Assembly (NCBI GenBank): GCA_038316435.1
Contig: JBBQAQ010000012.1
Coordinates: 17,718-81,717, forward strand
Length of the DNA stretch: 64,000 nucleotides
DNA from: Bacteroidales bacterium
GTDB taxonomy: Bacteria > Bacteroidota > Bacteroidia > Bacteroidales > GCA-2748055
Direction of reading: 5' to 3'
Numbering within the stretch: the stretch's first letter is position 1; every line of letters begins with the position of its first letter. The position numbers and the translations under genes are program-made. Of this stretch, positions 19,993 through 29,654 are shown in pieces. The notes under the pieces are model-generated. The model did not search any database. It was given only the letters and a program-made list of their open reading frames with translations, and was not told where the DNA came from.

Positions 19993-21522
19993 CTAAGGAC
20001 GATTGCTTTCATTCAACTTACTCTTCCTCATCCCATAAAAGAAATAAATAACCAATCCCATCCCAAACCATATCGCCAGATTGATCCAGGTATTGAAAGG
20101 CAAAGAAAACATCTGAGCCAGGCAGATCAATGCACCAAGAATCGGAACCAGAGGAACAAAAGGTGTTTTAAAAGGGCGGTGGATATCCGGTCGTTTTTTT
20201 CGTAAAACAATAATGCTAGTGCAGACAATAACCACTGCAAGCAAGGTTCCGAGGGAAACCAGTTCTCCAAGAATATCAATGGGTAAAATCCCTGCTAAAA
20301 CAATTCCGGCAACACCGGTGAGGATTGTACTGATGTAAGGCGTTTTAAACCGGCTATGAACCTTGGAAAATACGGGCGGCAATAAACCGTCTTTCGACAT
20401 GGAAAGAAATATCCTTGGTTGTCCCATCAGCGTAACCAATATCACAGAACTCAATGCAGCAATAGCCGCGATCTTAATTATAGGTCGCAGCCAGAACATG
20501 CCTTCTCCCATTGCATTAACTCCTATTGCAACCGGATCAGCAACATTCAGCTGAGTGTAGCTTACAATTCCCGTTAAAACAATAGCCATGAGAATATATA
20601 GAATGGTAGACACTCCCAGTGAGCCCAAAATACCGATTGGCACATCTCGCTGTGGGTTCTTGGCTTCCTGAGCAACGGTGGAGGCTGCATCAAATCCAAT
20701 GTAAGCGAAAAAAACTACTCCGGCGCCGCGAAGAATTCCACTCCAGCCAAAATATCCCCATTCACCTGTGTTTTCAGGAATAAATGGTTTCCAGTTTCCA
20801 GCCTTCACAAAAATAAATCCCAGTCCGATAAAAAGTATGATAACTGAGAGTTTCGTAATTACCAGAAGATTATTAAAATTCGAAGTTTCTTTTATCCCGA
20901 TAACCAAAAGAATGGTTAGAAAAGCAACAATAAACATTGCCGGGAAATTGCAGATTGCAGTTACATGGGCAAGAGAATCAACCGAAACCCCGGTGGCAAG
21001 CAAATCGCTTGTAAGGCTTGACGTCAAAGGTTTCCAGCCCATATTGGGCACTTCAACCAATATGGTATTCCAGGCAGCCGTAAACTGTGTTGGCATTGTA
21101 ATTCCAAAATCATACAGGAAACTCACCACATATCCCGACCAGCCAACAGCTACGGTTGATGCAGCAAACAGATACTGAAGAATCAAATCCCAGCCTATAA
21201 TCCAGGCGAAGAATTCACCCAAAGTAGCATATGCGTAAGTATACGCACTGCCAGAAATGGGAATCATCGATGCTAACTCAGCATAACATAATCCGGCTAA
21301 AACACAGGCGAAACCTGAAATAATAAACGAAATAACAATTGCCGGGCCTGCATATTGAGCTGCAGCCTGACCTGTTAAAACAAAAATGCCAGCACCAACG
21401 ATTGATCCTATACCTAAGGTAGTAAGATTTGTGGCAGATAATGTCCTCTTGTAACCATGTTCGCTTTCGGCTATTTCACCGAGTATCTGCTGAACCGGCT
21501 TGGTTTTAAAGAGGTTTGACAT
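19993..21522 (-). CDS. APC-family amino acid permease (cationic amino acid transporter-like), paralogue 2
   Basis: GSIVGAGIF, CYAELAS, GSAYTYAY, FFAYIGFDA, RPFKTP; 1-nt overlap with the upstream paralogue. Confidence 0.95.
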   Translation of the reverse strand: MSNLFKTKPVQQILGEIAESEHGYKRTLSATNLTTLGIGSIVGAGIFVLTGQAAAQYAGPAIVISFIISGFACVLAGLCYAELASMIPISGSAYTYAYATLGEFFAWIIGWDLILQYLFAASTVAVGWSGYVVSFLYDFGITMPTQFTAAWNTILVEVPNMGWKPLTSSLTSDLLATGVSVDSLAHVTAICNFPAMFIVAFLTILLVIGIKETSNFNNLLVITKLSVIILFIGLGFIFVKAGNWKPFIPENTGEWGYFGWSGILRGAGVVFFAYIGFDAASTVAQEAKNPQRDVPIGILGSLGVSTILYILMAIVLTGIVSYTQLNVADPVAIGVNAMGEGMFWLRPIIKIAAIAALSSVILVTLMGQPRIFLSMSKDGLLPPVFSKVHSRFKTPYISTILTGVAGIVLAGILPIDILGELVSLGTLLAVVIVCTSIIVLRKKRPDIHRPFKTPFVPLVPILGALICLAQMFSLPFNTWINLAIWFGMGLVIYFFYGMRKSKLNESNRP

Positions 21523-23057
21523 TATTTTAGGTCGGAATGTTTATTCAGCTTGCTTTTTCTGATACCATAAGCAAAATAGATAACCAGACCAATTACAAAC
21601 CATGCAATTAACCTAAGCCATGTATCTAACGGCAATGCATACATCTGAAGCAGACATATACCTGCTCCGAGTAATGGTACTAAAGGAACCCATGGAGTTT
21701 TAAATGGACGATGAATATCCGGGCGGGTCTTTCGAAGCACAATAATACTTATACAAACAATTACAAAAGCCAGCAAAGTACCAATTGAAACAAGTTCTCC
21801 TAATTTGTTTATAGGGAGCGTTCCAGCAAGAACAATTGCAACGATACCTGTCAAAATAGTACTGATATATGGCGTTTGAAATTTGGGATGAACCTTTGAA
21901 AACACAGGAGGTAATAAGCCATCCTTTGACATGGTATAGAAAATTCTCGGCTGTCCCATTAACATTACAAGAATTACTGAGCTTATACCGGCTATGGCGG
22001 CGATTTTTATGATTGGCCTCAACCAGAACATTTCAGGACCCATGGCATTCACTCCAACGGCAACAGGGTCTGCAACATTTAACTGAGTATAACTTACAAT
22101 TCCCGTTAAAACAATGGCCATCAATATATACAACACGGTTGAGATTCCGAGCGATCCTAAAATCCCGATTGGCATATCCCGCTGAGGATTTTTGGCTTCC
22201 TGAGCAGCTGTTGAAACTGCATCGAATCCAATATAAGCAAAAAAGATTACCCCGGATGCCCGTAAAATACCCGACCACCCGAATTGACCCCATACACCTG
22301 TGTTTTCAGGAATAAAAGGGTGCCAGTTTCCTGCTTTTACATACATAAATCCGAGTCCGATAAACATGATAATCACCGATACCTTAGTAATTACCATAAT
22401 GTTGTTGAAATTCGCCGTCTCCTTAATCCCTATAACCAATAAGGTTGTGAGAAAGGCAACAATAAACATCGCTGGAATATTGCAAATGGCAGTCAGATGT
22501 GGCAGAGAATCTACCAAAACACCATGCGTAGTGAGATCTCCAGCAAGACTATCAGTTAAAGGCTTCCATCCCATATCCGGAACATTGATCAAAACGGTGT
22601 GATATGCAGCTGTAAACTGAGCGGGAATGGAAATTCCAAAATCATAAAGAAAACTAACCACATAACCCGACCAGCCAACAGCAACCGTCGATGCAGCAAA
22701 AAGATATTCAAGGATCAAATCCCAGCCGATTATCCAGGCAAGAAATTCACCTAAAGTAGCATAAGCATAGGTATAAGCGCTACCTGAAATTGGGATCATT
22801 GAAGCAAATTCGGCGTAACATAATCCTGCAAATGCACAGGCAAGACCAGATATGACAAATGAAAGAACAATGGCAGGACCTGCATACTGGGCAGCAGCCT
22901 GACCAACCAGAACAAATATCCCTGCACCTACAATTGCTCCTATTCCAAGAGTGGTAAGATTTAGTGCAGTTAGGGATTTTTTAAAACCATGCTCAATATC
23001 AGACGATTCGTTCAGGATTTGCTGTATTGGCTTAATATTGAAGAGTCTTGATTTCAT
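21522..23057 (-). CDS. APC-family amino acid permease, paralogue 1
   Basis: GAIVGAGIF, CYAEFAS, WDLILEY, FFAYIGFDAVST; colinear with paralogue 2 over its full length. Confidence 0.95.
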   Translation of the reverse strand: MKSRLFNIKPIQQILNESSDIEHGFKKSLTALNLTTLGIGAIVGAGIFVLVGQAAAQYAGPAIVLSFVISGLACAFAGLCYAEFASMIPISGSAYTYAYATLGEFLAWIIGWDLILEYLFAASTVAVGWSGYVVSFLYDFGISIPAQFTAAYHTVLINVPDMGWKPLTDSLAGDLTTHGVLVDSLPHLTAICNIPAMFIVAFLTTLLVIGIKETANFNNIMVITKVSVIIMFIGLGFMYVKAGNWHPFIPENTGVWGQFGWSGILRASGVIFFAYIGFDAVSTAAQEAKNPQRDMPIGILGSLGISTVLYILMAIVLTGIVSYTQLNVADPVAVGVNAMGPEMFWLRPIIKIAAIAGISSVILVMLMGQPRIFYTMSKDGLLPPVFSKVHPKFQTPYISTILTGIVAIVLAGTLPINKLGELVSIGTLLAFVIVCISIIVLRKTRPDIHRPFKTPWVPLVPLLGAGICLLQMYALPLDTWLRLIAWFVIGLVIYFAYGIRKSKLNKHSDLK

Positions 23058-23187
23058 TTATCTGTTATTAACAATCCAAAGAATTGGCTTTCCTATGAGA
23101 TTTTAAAGATGCAAATAAGTTTGTGCACTCCAAAAAAAATCGCATAAATCTACAATCTTATTTTGAATGCCACTCTAATTGCCATTT

Positions 23188-23910
23188 TTATTCTGAGGTT
23201 TCTATAATTCCATTGTGAGAGGTCAGAATGTACTTGAAGTTCTGCGAAGCTGGTAAAAGTTTCAGCGATTCAATCTGCATTGGTGTATCCATGTTAAACA
23301 TCTCCACAAAATGCTCATACTTTTTGTCTTTTACAATGAGATTGTCTCCGGTAACGAAATAATCCTTCCCAATAATAAAACATGAAGAACCGGGAGTGTG
23401 CCCGGGAGTGTGGATAATGGTAATTTTTAATCCGTCAATATTAAGAGAGTCGTTACTATTGAGAAGTGTATAGGGACCGTATTTCCATTTCAATTTGAGG
23501 AATTTCATTTTTCCAGTTGTGCCATTGATCATCTGCTCTTCTTCCTTATGCAAGTAGATTTTAGCGTTTTTCAGCAATGGTACCGCACCAGTGTGATCAC
23601 TATCTGTATGAGTCAATAATAAAGTCGTAATCTGATCCGTTGAAATTCCAAACTTTTTTAATTCTGTCTGGAAATTTTTCTTGCTGATTCCTGCATCAAC
23701 CATCAGGTAACCGCTATCCCCTTTAAACACAAAAGCATTTACAAAATTGTCTTTTATACACCAGACCGAATCATTTATTGCCATTGTTTCTCCCGTCGTC
23801 ATTACTTTTGTTGCCTTACGAAACCTAACGAAAAAAATCAGCGCTGCAATCAATAGAATTCCTGCTAAAACTGCCAAAAACCAAAGGAAGAATTTTAGAA
23901 TTTTTTTCAT
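23188..23910 (-). CDS. Membrane-anchored MBL-fold metallo-hydrolase
   Basis: N-terminal TM; THTDSDHTG, HTPGHTPGS, TGD, SH. Confidence 0.88.
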   Translation of the reverse strand: MKKILKFFLWFLAVLAGILLIAALIFFVRFRKATKVMTTGETMAINDSVWCIKDNFVNAFVFKGDSGYLMVDAGISKKNFQTELKKFGISTDQITTLLLTHTDSDHTGAVPLLKNAKIYLHKEEEQMINGTTGKMKFLKLKWKYGPYTLLNSNDSLNIDGLKITIIHTPGHTPGSSCFIIGKDYFVTGDNLIVKDKKYEHFVEMFNMDTPMQIESLKLLPASQNFKYILTSHNGIIETSE

Positions 23911-24048
23911 GTCGGATTTTTTATTTGGCTAAAATACAAAAATATTCCGCGAGAATAGTGGGAGTTTCAAGCATTTCCTGTGGTTTACGGAAATTCAATA
24001 ATAAACAATTATTTTAGGGTTTATTCGAATTGATTTATTAATAAACAG

Positions 24049-24072
24049 TATCTTTGACAAATTAAGTCAAAG
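24049..24072 (+). promoter_or_regulatory. -7 promoter (TATCTTTG) overlapped by a 7-7-7 inverted repeat operator
   Basis: CTTTGAC-aaattaa-GTCAAAG at 24052-24072, 15 nt before the XRE gene. Confidence 0.6.
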
Positions 24073-24087
24073 CAAATTCATTCAAAG

Positions 24088-24387
24088 ATGGACAGTTTAG
24101 GAAACAGAATAAAACAACTTAGAGAAAAGCTGGAATTACCTTTACGGACAGTCGCGGCATATCTTGATATTGACCAAGCTGTTCTCAGCAAGATTGAACA
24201 CGGACATCGCAAGGCAACCCGTTTACAAGTGTTACAACTTGCTAAATACTTTAAGGCAGATGAAGACGAATTAATTGTTGCCTGGTTAAGCGACAAATTG
24301 GTTAACGAAGTTCAGGGCGAAGATTTAGCAAAGCAGGCTTTGAAAGCAGCAGAAAAAAAAGTTGACTACTTAAAGAAAATGAAATAA
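24088..24387 (+). CDS. XRE-family HTH transcriptional regulator
   Basis: LGNRIKQLRE...LRTVAAYLDIDQAVLSKIEHG. Confidence 0.9.
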   Translation: MDSLGNRIKQLREKLELPLRTVAAYLDIDQAVLSKIEHGHRKATRLQVLQLAKYFKADEDELIVAWLSDKLVNEVQGEDLAKQALKAAEKKVDYLKKMK

Positions 24388-24393
24388 GCAACA

Positions 24394-24480
24394 ATGAATA
24401 CAAGAGAATAACTGAACATAATCAGCGCAGGCGAAACAAGCAAAGTGAAGTTTAAATTAAATGTGAAGATGATGACCTGA
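24394..24480 (+). pseudogene. 5' remnant of an AlbA_2/Schlafen-like domain gene
   Basis: MNTRE*LNIISAGETSKVKFK resembles the GExxxVEFK start of that family; internal TAA at 24409 and early end. Confidence 0.5.
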
Positions 24481-24540
24481 GGCGATTAAGCAATTTAATA
24501 GTAAATGTAGCTAATGAACACATAAAACCCACCCAAAGGG

Positions 24541-24855
24541 ATTTCCTATACTTTTAATTACAATACCATTCTTGATATCTATGAATGGCTTCAAAATAAT
24601 GGGGATCACATCATTTATATTTATGGGAAAAATGATCCTTGGTCGGCCGGAGCCATTGAACTTTCTAATACCGTTGATGCATTATTATTTATGCAGGATG
24701 GAGCAAACCACCGTGTAAAAATTGCAGACTTGGACAATCCTGATGAAGTCTTCAATACTCTTGAAGAGTGGTTGGGAATTACAATTCCCTCCGGCACAAG
24801 AAAATCAGCGGAAATGGAAAATGAAATCCCTGGATTCAGACTTGAGGGCAGATAA
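24541..24855 (+). pseudogene. 3' remnant of an S28/S37-like serine aminopeptidase
   Basis: Startless open frame ...WLQNNGDHIIYIYGKNDPWSA...GANHRVKI...LEEWLG carrying catalytic Asp- and His-like motifs. Confidence 0.65.
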
Positions 24856-24869
24856 AATATTTTTTTGCT

Positions 24870-25418
24870 TTGGGGATAAAAATTTCGTCCGCTCCGAAAA
24901 GGCTGATTTTATTAACATTTATACCATATTTATTCTTTGCTTCTGCAATTTGCATACAAACCAATTCTATCATTGCACAGGAAAGCACTGAGGTATCTGA
25001 CCGGATAAATTACAAACACGGACTAGGAATGGCCGCCGGATTCACGACCGGATATGGTTTATCCTATCGTTATTGCCCTTCCCGTTAGACTATCCAGGGA
25101 ATCTTCGCTCCCTATAAAAGCGATTATTCAAAGAGTCTGAGTCTCGGTATTGCATTTATGTACAATGTAGTTGAAACCAGAACAACCAGTTTTTTCGTTT
25201 ATGAAGGGAATCACTATCGGTACAACGAAGTTTTGGATAATTCGACCAACATTTATCCAGAAGATAATAAACATCAGTGGAATAACGGCTTGGGGATTGG
25301 CATAGAATTCCTCATTTTCAAGAGGGTAAGCTTCAATTTAATGGGAGGTTATGCTTCGTATGATGCTTTCAGGGAAATCAATGTAACTGGTGAGACGGGG
25401 TTGTTTTATAAATTTTAA
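24870..25418 (+). pseudogene. Outer-membrane beta-barrel-like protein interrupted by one in-frame TAG
   Basis: ORFs 24870-25088 and 25158-25418 share a frame; TAG at 25086-25088; GMAAGFTTGYGLSYRY...NNGLGIGIEF...GLFYKF with terminal Phe. Confidence 0.7.
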
Positions 25419-25509
25419 GCATTCCGGTATTCAGCAGTAAATTCAAATTGATGATCCTTGCTTTTATTTCTTTTTGAAGACTATCTTTGCTTCGTTTTTA
25501 AACAACCGT

Positions 25510-26781
25510 ATGCAAAGCCCTGAAAAATATGATGTGCTGATTATTGGTGCAGGTCCTGCTGGGCTTATGGCTGCAGGCAAAGCCGCTGAATCGGGAGCAA
25601 AAGTGCTGGTTTTGGAACGCATGCGCCAACCGGGACGCAAACTTCTTATAACCGGGAAAGGAAGATGCAATATTACCAATATGGCGCCCATGTCGGAGTT
25701 TCTTTCCAAAGTTCATCCCAATGGCAAATTCCTCAAATCAGCTTTTTCACAGTTTTTTTCAGGGGATATTCTGGAACTCTTGAAAGAACATGGTCTGGAA
25801 ACAGTCACAGAGCGCGGAGACCGGGTGTTTCCGGTTACCAACAAGGCAGTGGACGTGCTTAATGCCCTCCTTCACTGGGTAAATCAGTATAATGTTGAAA
25901 TTCTCTATGATTCCAGAGTTTCTGAATTACTAATTCACGATGGAAAAGTAACCGGACTAAATGTGGAAAATGGTGATTCTTTCAAACTGATAAATGCAAA
26001 ATCAGTTATTATCTGTACCGGCGGAAAGTCATATCCTGCAACAGGTTCCACCGGTGATGGATACAAACTTGCACAGTTAGCCGGACACAGGATTGAAACC
26101 TTGCATCAGGCATTGGTACCTCTGGAAACCCTTGGGGAAACAGCCTCTAAACTTCAAGGGCTGGCATTAAAAAATGTTACTGCCAGTCTCTGGGTAAACG
26201 GCAAAAAACAAGCAGAAGATTTTGGGGAAATGCTATTTACCCATTTCGGAATATCCGGTCCAATTATTCTGACGCTTAGCAGGATTGCAGTGGATGCATT
26301 GAGAACAGGTGCAAGTGTAGAAATTTCCATCGATTTAAAACCTGCTCTGGATGAACAGAAACTCGATACCCGTCTGATCCGCGATCTCAACGAGAACGGT
26401 AAAAAGTTACTGGAAAACGCATTTAAACTCTGGCTTCCATCAAGCATGATTCCTGTATTCTTCGAACTTTTATCACTCGATCCAAAAAAAGAGTGTCATC
26501 AGGTCAGCTCGAAAGAACGTCGGAAAATAATGCTGCTGATGAAGGAAATGCGCTTCAAAATTTCAGGATGCAGATCCTATAAAGAAGCTGTCATCACTGC
26601 TGGCGGAGTAAGTACATCTGAAGTTGATTCTAAAACCATGGAATCTAAACTCGTTAAAAATCTGTTTTTCGCAGGTGAAGTGCTTGATCTAGATGCCGAT
26701 ACCGGCGGATTTAACTTGCAGATAGCCTGGAGTACCGGCTGGGTAGCTGGATTATGGGCAACCACGCTAAGTACTGAATAA
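25510..26781 (+). CDS. HI0933/BaiN-family flavoprotein oxidoreductase
   Basis: IIGAGPAG, GKGRCNITN, TGGKSYPATGSTGDGY, FTHFGISGP, GEVLDLDADTGGFNLQ; TATCTTTG at 25482 favours ATG 25510. Confidence 0.92.
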   Translation: MQSPEKYDVLIIGAGPAGLMAAGKAAESGAKVLVLERMRQPGRKLLITGKGRCNITNMAPMSEFLSKVHPNGKFLKSAFSQFFSGDILELLKEHGLETVTERGDRVFPVTNKAVDVLNALLHWVNQYNVEILYDSRVSELLIHDGKVTGLNVENGDSFKLINAKSVIICTGGKSYPATGSTGDGYKLAQLAGHRIETLHQALVPLETLGETASKLQGLALKNVTASLWVNGKKQAEDFGEMLFTHFGISGPIILTLSRIAVDALRTGASVEISIDLKPALDEQKLDTRLIRDLNENGKKLLENAFKLWLPSSMIPVFFELLSLDPKKECHQVSSKERRKIMLLMKEMRFKISGCRSYKEAVITAGGVSTSEVDSKTMESKLVKNLFFAGEVLDLDADTGGFNLQIAWSTGWVAGLWATTLSTE

Positions 26782-26800
26782 ATTCTTTACTCCTTTAATC

Positions 26801-26834
26801 AATCAAACCTGTCTGGTCTAAGACCTCACAGGTT
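26801..26834. repeat. REP-like imperfect palindrome
   Basis: AACCTGTctGGTCT-a-AGACCtcACAGGTT; left half repeated at 13501. Confidence 0.5.
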
Positions 26835-26972
26835 AAAATAGTTGGCGATTTTCAAAAAAAGCTGAAAAGACACGCTGATTTTTAGTTTTTCACGACATTA
26901 AACATGAGGGGTTTAAACCCCGGAGGTTTTATCTTATATCCGATAGAAATCAAGTTCCAGATAAAAAATTCA

Positions 26973-28508
26973 TTACACTTTTTCACATATTGCAGATGCA
27001 GTTTTTACTCCATCTGCAGCACTGGAAATAATTCCCCCGGCAAAACCGCTTCCCTCCCCCGAAATATAAAGATTCTCAAATCCACTGCAGTTTATTGAAT
27101 CATCCCTTATCACCTGAATTGGTGCTGAAGTTTTACTCTCCAGTCCCATGATAATTCCCGTTTCAAATCCCCTGATTTTCTTGCAAAAATCAAGTAAACC
27201 CGCGCGCATTGAGCTACTTACCTTTGGTGGAAGCAATTCCCAAAGAGCAGATGCTTTGAGTCCCAATGGATATGAGGTTTCTGGTAAAAATTTAGGCTCC
27301 CTCCTTTTAATAAAATTGTCAATGCTGCAAAAAGCGGAAGCGTATCCCTCTGAAAAATCATAAAACTTTGTCTCAAGAGCTTCCAGCCAGTCGAGAACCG
27401 ACTCAGCAGTAGCTTCATTTCCAATTAGTTCAAATGGATTTACTGCAGCTACGCAGGCTGCGTTTGCAAATTTCTGATCGCGACGGTAAAGACTCATTCC
27501 GTTAACAATATTGGTCTTTTCATAAGCGGCAGCAGGAACCACAATACCTCCGGGACACATGCAAAACGTATAAACCGGCAAGGCTCCGTCGGGATTAGAG
27601 GTAAGCCTGTATTCAGCAGCTTTTACACCCGGCAGTGCTGGTTTTCCCCATTGTGCCACATTAATAATATGTTGCGGATGCTCCATCCTGCTTCCGATTG
27701 CAAAGTTTTTTGGCCGGAACGTAACGCCATGTCCAATGAGCATTCGATAGGTCTCATACGCTGAATGACCCGGTGCTATGATAAAATAATCCGCTTCAAA
27801 TATGCCTTTGTCGGTAATGGCAGCAACTACTTTGCCTTTTTTCACTTCAATATCAGTCAGACAGGTTTCAAAAAGCATACTGCCGCCAAGAGATTCATAT
27901 TCCTTACGAAGGTTTTTAACAATATTCCTGAGTTTGTCGCTCCCCAGGTGTGGATGCGTCATAAACGCGATTTCTTCCGGCGCCCCAGCTTTTATATATG
28001 AATTTAGAATAAACTGCCTTTCAGGATTTATATGTTTGCTTCTGGAAGTAAGCTTTCCGTCTGAAAAAGTACCCGCTCCACCTTCGCCAAAAGCATAATT
28101 ACCCTTTGGATCAAAGCATCCGGTATTTTCGAAATGTTCAATCCCCTCAGCTCTTTTTGCAACATCCTTTCCTCTCTCAAGCAAAACAGTAGTGAAACCG
28201 GCTTTTTGAAGGAAAAACGCCGCGAAAAATCCTGCAGGTCCGCTACCGGTAATAACAACTTTTTTATTTGCTTTATTTCGAGGGATTTCAATTTCAGGGG
28301 ACAACTCTGCAATACCCCCATTTAATTCAGGGGAAGAGACCCCAAGCCGTAAAACCCAGTGGATATCTGATTTTTTACGCGCATCCAGACTTTTTCCCTC
28401 GATACTGAAGCTGAAATCATGAATCCCCAGATCGCGACGAATCTTTTCCTGCAATTCAGACTCAGAATAATCTGTAGCTATCTTAATGGAAATCAGCCGA
28501 TAACCCAT
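26973..28508 (-). CDS. Uncharacterised FAD-dependent oxidoreductase (COG2509-like)
   Basis: GSGPAG, FGEGGAGTFSDGKL, HPHLGSD, YTFCMCPGG, GEGSGFAGGIISSAADG. Confidence 0.9.
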   Translation of the reverse strand: MGYRLISIKIATDYSESELQEKIRRDLGIHDFSFSIEGKSLDARKKSDIHWVLRLGVSSPELNGGIAELSPEIEIPRNKANKKVVITGSGPAGFFAAFFLQKAGFTTVLLERGKDVAKRAEGIEHFENTGCFDPKGNYAFGEGGAGTFSDGKLTSRSKHINPERQFILNSYIKAGAPEEIAFMTHPHLGSDKLRNIVKNLRKEYESLGGSMLFETCLTDIEVKKGKVVAAITDKGIFEADYFIIAPGHSAYETYRMLIGHGVTFRPKNFAIGSRMEHPQHIINVAQWGKPALPGVKAAEYRLTSNPDGALPVYTFCMCPGGIVVPAAAYEKTNIVNGMSLYRRDQKFANAACVAAVNPFELIGNEATAESVLDWLEALETKFYDFSEGYASAFCSIDNFIKRREPKFLPETSYPLGLKASALWELLPPKVSSSMRAGLLDFCKKIRGFETGIIMGLESKTSAPIQVIRDDSINCSGFENLYISGEGSGFAGGIISSAADGVKTASAICEKV

Positions 28509-28649
28509 CTATTTTTTGTTTTAAGAAAATTTTCTGACAGGCAAACAAATTAACATATCCCTGATTACAAAAAATTGCACGAATGCTAATCCAAGCCAGA
28601 CATTGATGCTTGCAAGGCATGATAAATTCTATATTGCAATCTTAATTGA

Positions 28650-29288
28650 TTAAAAGAAAAATCCTAGACTTACTAAAAACTTTCTGTCTCTTGAATCGAA
28701 AGCATAAGAATTTCCACCAACAGTAAGCTTATCGCCCAGTTTACTTAATCCACCTTCATAACGCAGATCGATAGTGAATTTTTTAAGGATATCAATCCCT
28801 GCACCAGCCTGAAAGCCAATGGTAGCGCCTTTCGACATGGTTTTCATGTTTGGAATAATATCTCCCAATTCCGAATTAGAAGAAAGAGTAACTGAGGCAA
28901 CAGGACCGGCATTAATTCTGGCAGGGCCGAATTTCATTCCAACTAAAACAGGAAGATCTAATTTGTTGTATTTTACCTGTTTAACTTTCGAAACTGAGCT
29001 GCCAATTTCTTGAACTAGTACCTTTCCCCCGGTAGTATTAAATAATAACTCCGGCTGGACAAAGAGGTTAAATACTTTTAGTCTGCCCATTACTCCAATA
29101 TGAAAACCTTGAAAAGATTCATCCTCCATAAGGTTATAGTTTGCACCCGTGGTTGTAATGTTTTTAATCTCGTCGAATTTCATTTTCGAATAATTCAATC
29201 CGCCTTTGATACCAAAACTAAGAATCTGCGCATTTGAACTTAGCCCGAATCCTAGAGCCAGTAAGAAAATCAAAATATATTTTTTCAT
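28650..29288 (-). CDS. Porin-family/outer-membrane beta-barrel protein
   Basis: Signal peptide MKKYIL...SNAQ, FGIKGGLNYS, VQPELLF, C-terminal LGFFF; start 29288 preferred. Confidence 0.85.
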   Translation of the reverse strand: MKKYILIFLLALGFGLSSNAQILSFGIKGGLNYSKMKFDEIKNITTTGANYNLMEDESFQGFHIGVMGRLKVFNLFVQPELLFNTTGGKVLVQEIGSSVSKVKQVKYNKLDLPVLVGMKFGPARINAGPVASVTLSSNSELGDIIPNMKTMSKGATIGFQAGAGIDILKKFTIDLRYEGGLSKLGDKLTVGGNSYAFDSRDRKFLVSLGFFF

Positions 29289-29474
29289 GTTTACAATTTT
29301 TATAAGTGAATTAATGGTATTGCAAATATCGGACAAATCTATTGTTTTTTGCTCACAAGTTTTAAAGGAATACAATTCTGTGAATAAATAATATTCGATT
29401 TTACTCCATTTATTACTTTGCTACAAAAAAAATTGGCGAAATCTTGGCAATTAGTTTTCCCTTGTGTACTTTAA

Positions 29475-29570
29475 ACGCAAAGTCGCATCCCGATGGATAT
29501 CGGGACGCTAAGAAATACGCTAAGCAAATTTAGAGTTTCCCTTTGCGCCTTCGTGCCTTCGCATTTAGTT
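29475..29570. repeat. Cluster of REP-like palindromic units
   Basis: Perfect hairpin TCCCGAT-ggat-ATCGGGA (29488-29505), repeated ACGCTAAG, and CGCAAAG...CTTTGCG inverted arms. Confidence 0.45.
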
Positions 29571-29654
29571 TTTCCTCCTAAACCATTAAATGCTGCAGAA
29601 ACGCTAAGAATTTTTCGAGCTTTCTTTGTGTTATTTAGGAAGTAGAAAAAAAAC

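Noticed and set aside
24722..24991. 89-aa ORF from the track
   Set aside because: Wrong frame; the protein-like frame is the peptidase remnant 24541-24855
10849..25088. Stop-codon reassignment suggested by in-frame stops (10849, 19593, 24409, 25086)
   Set aside because: Stops are mixed TAA/TAG, confined to genes that mostly have other lesions, and housekeeping genes read normally in code 11
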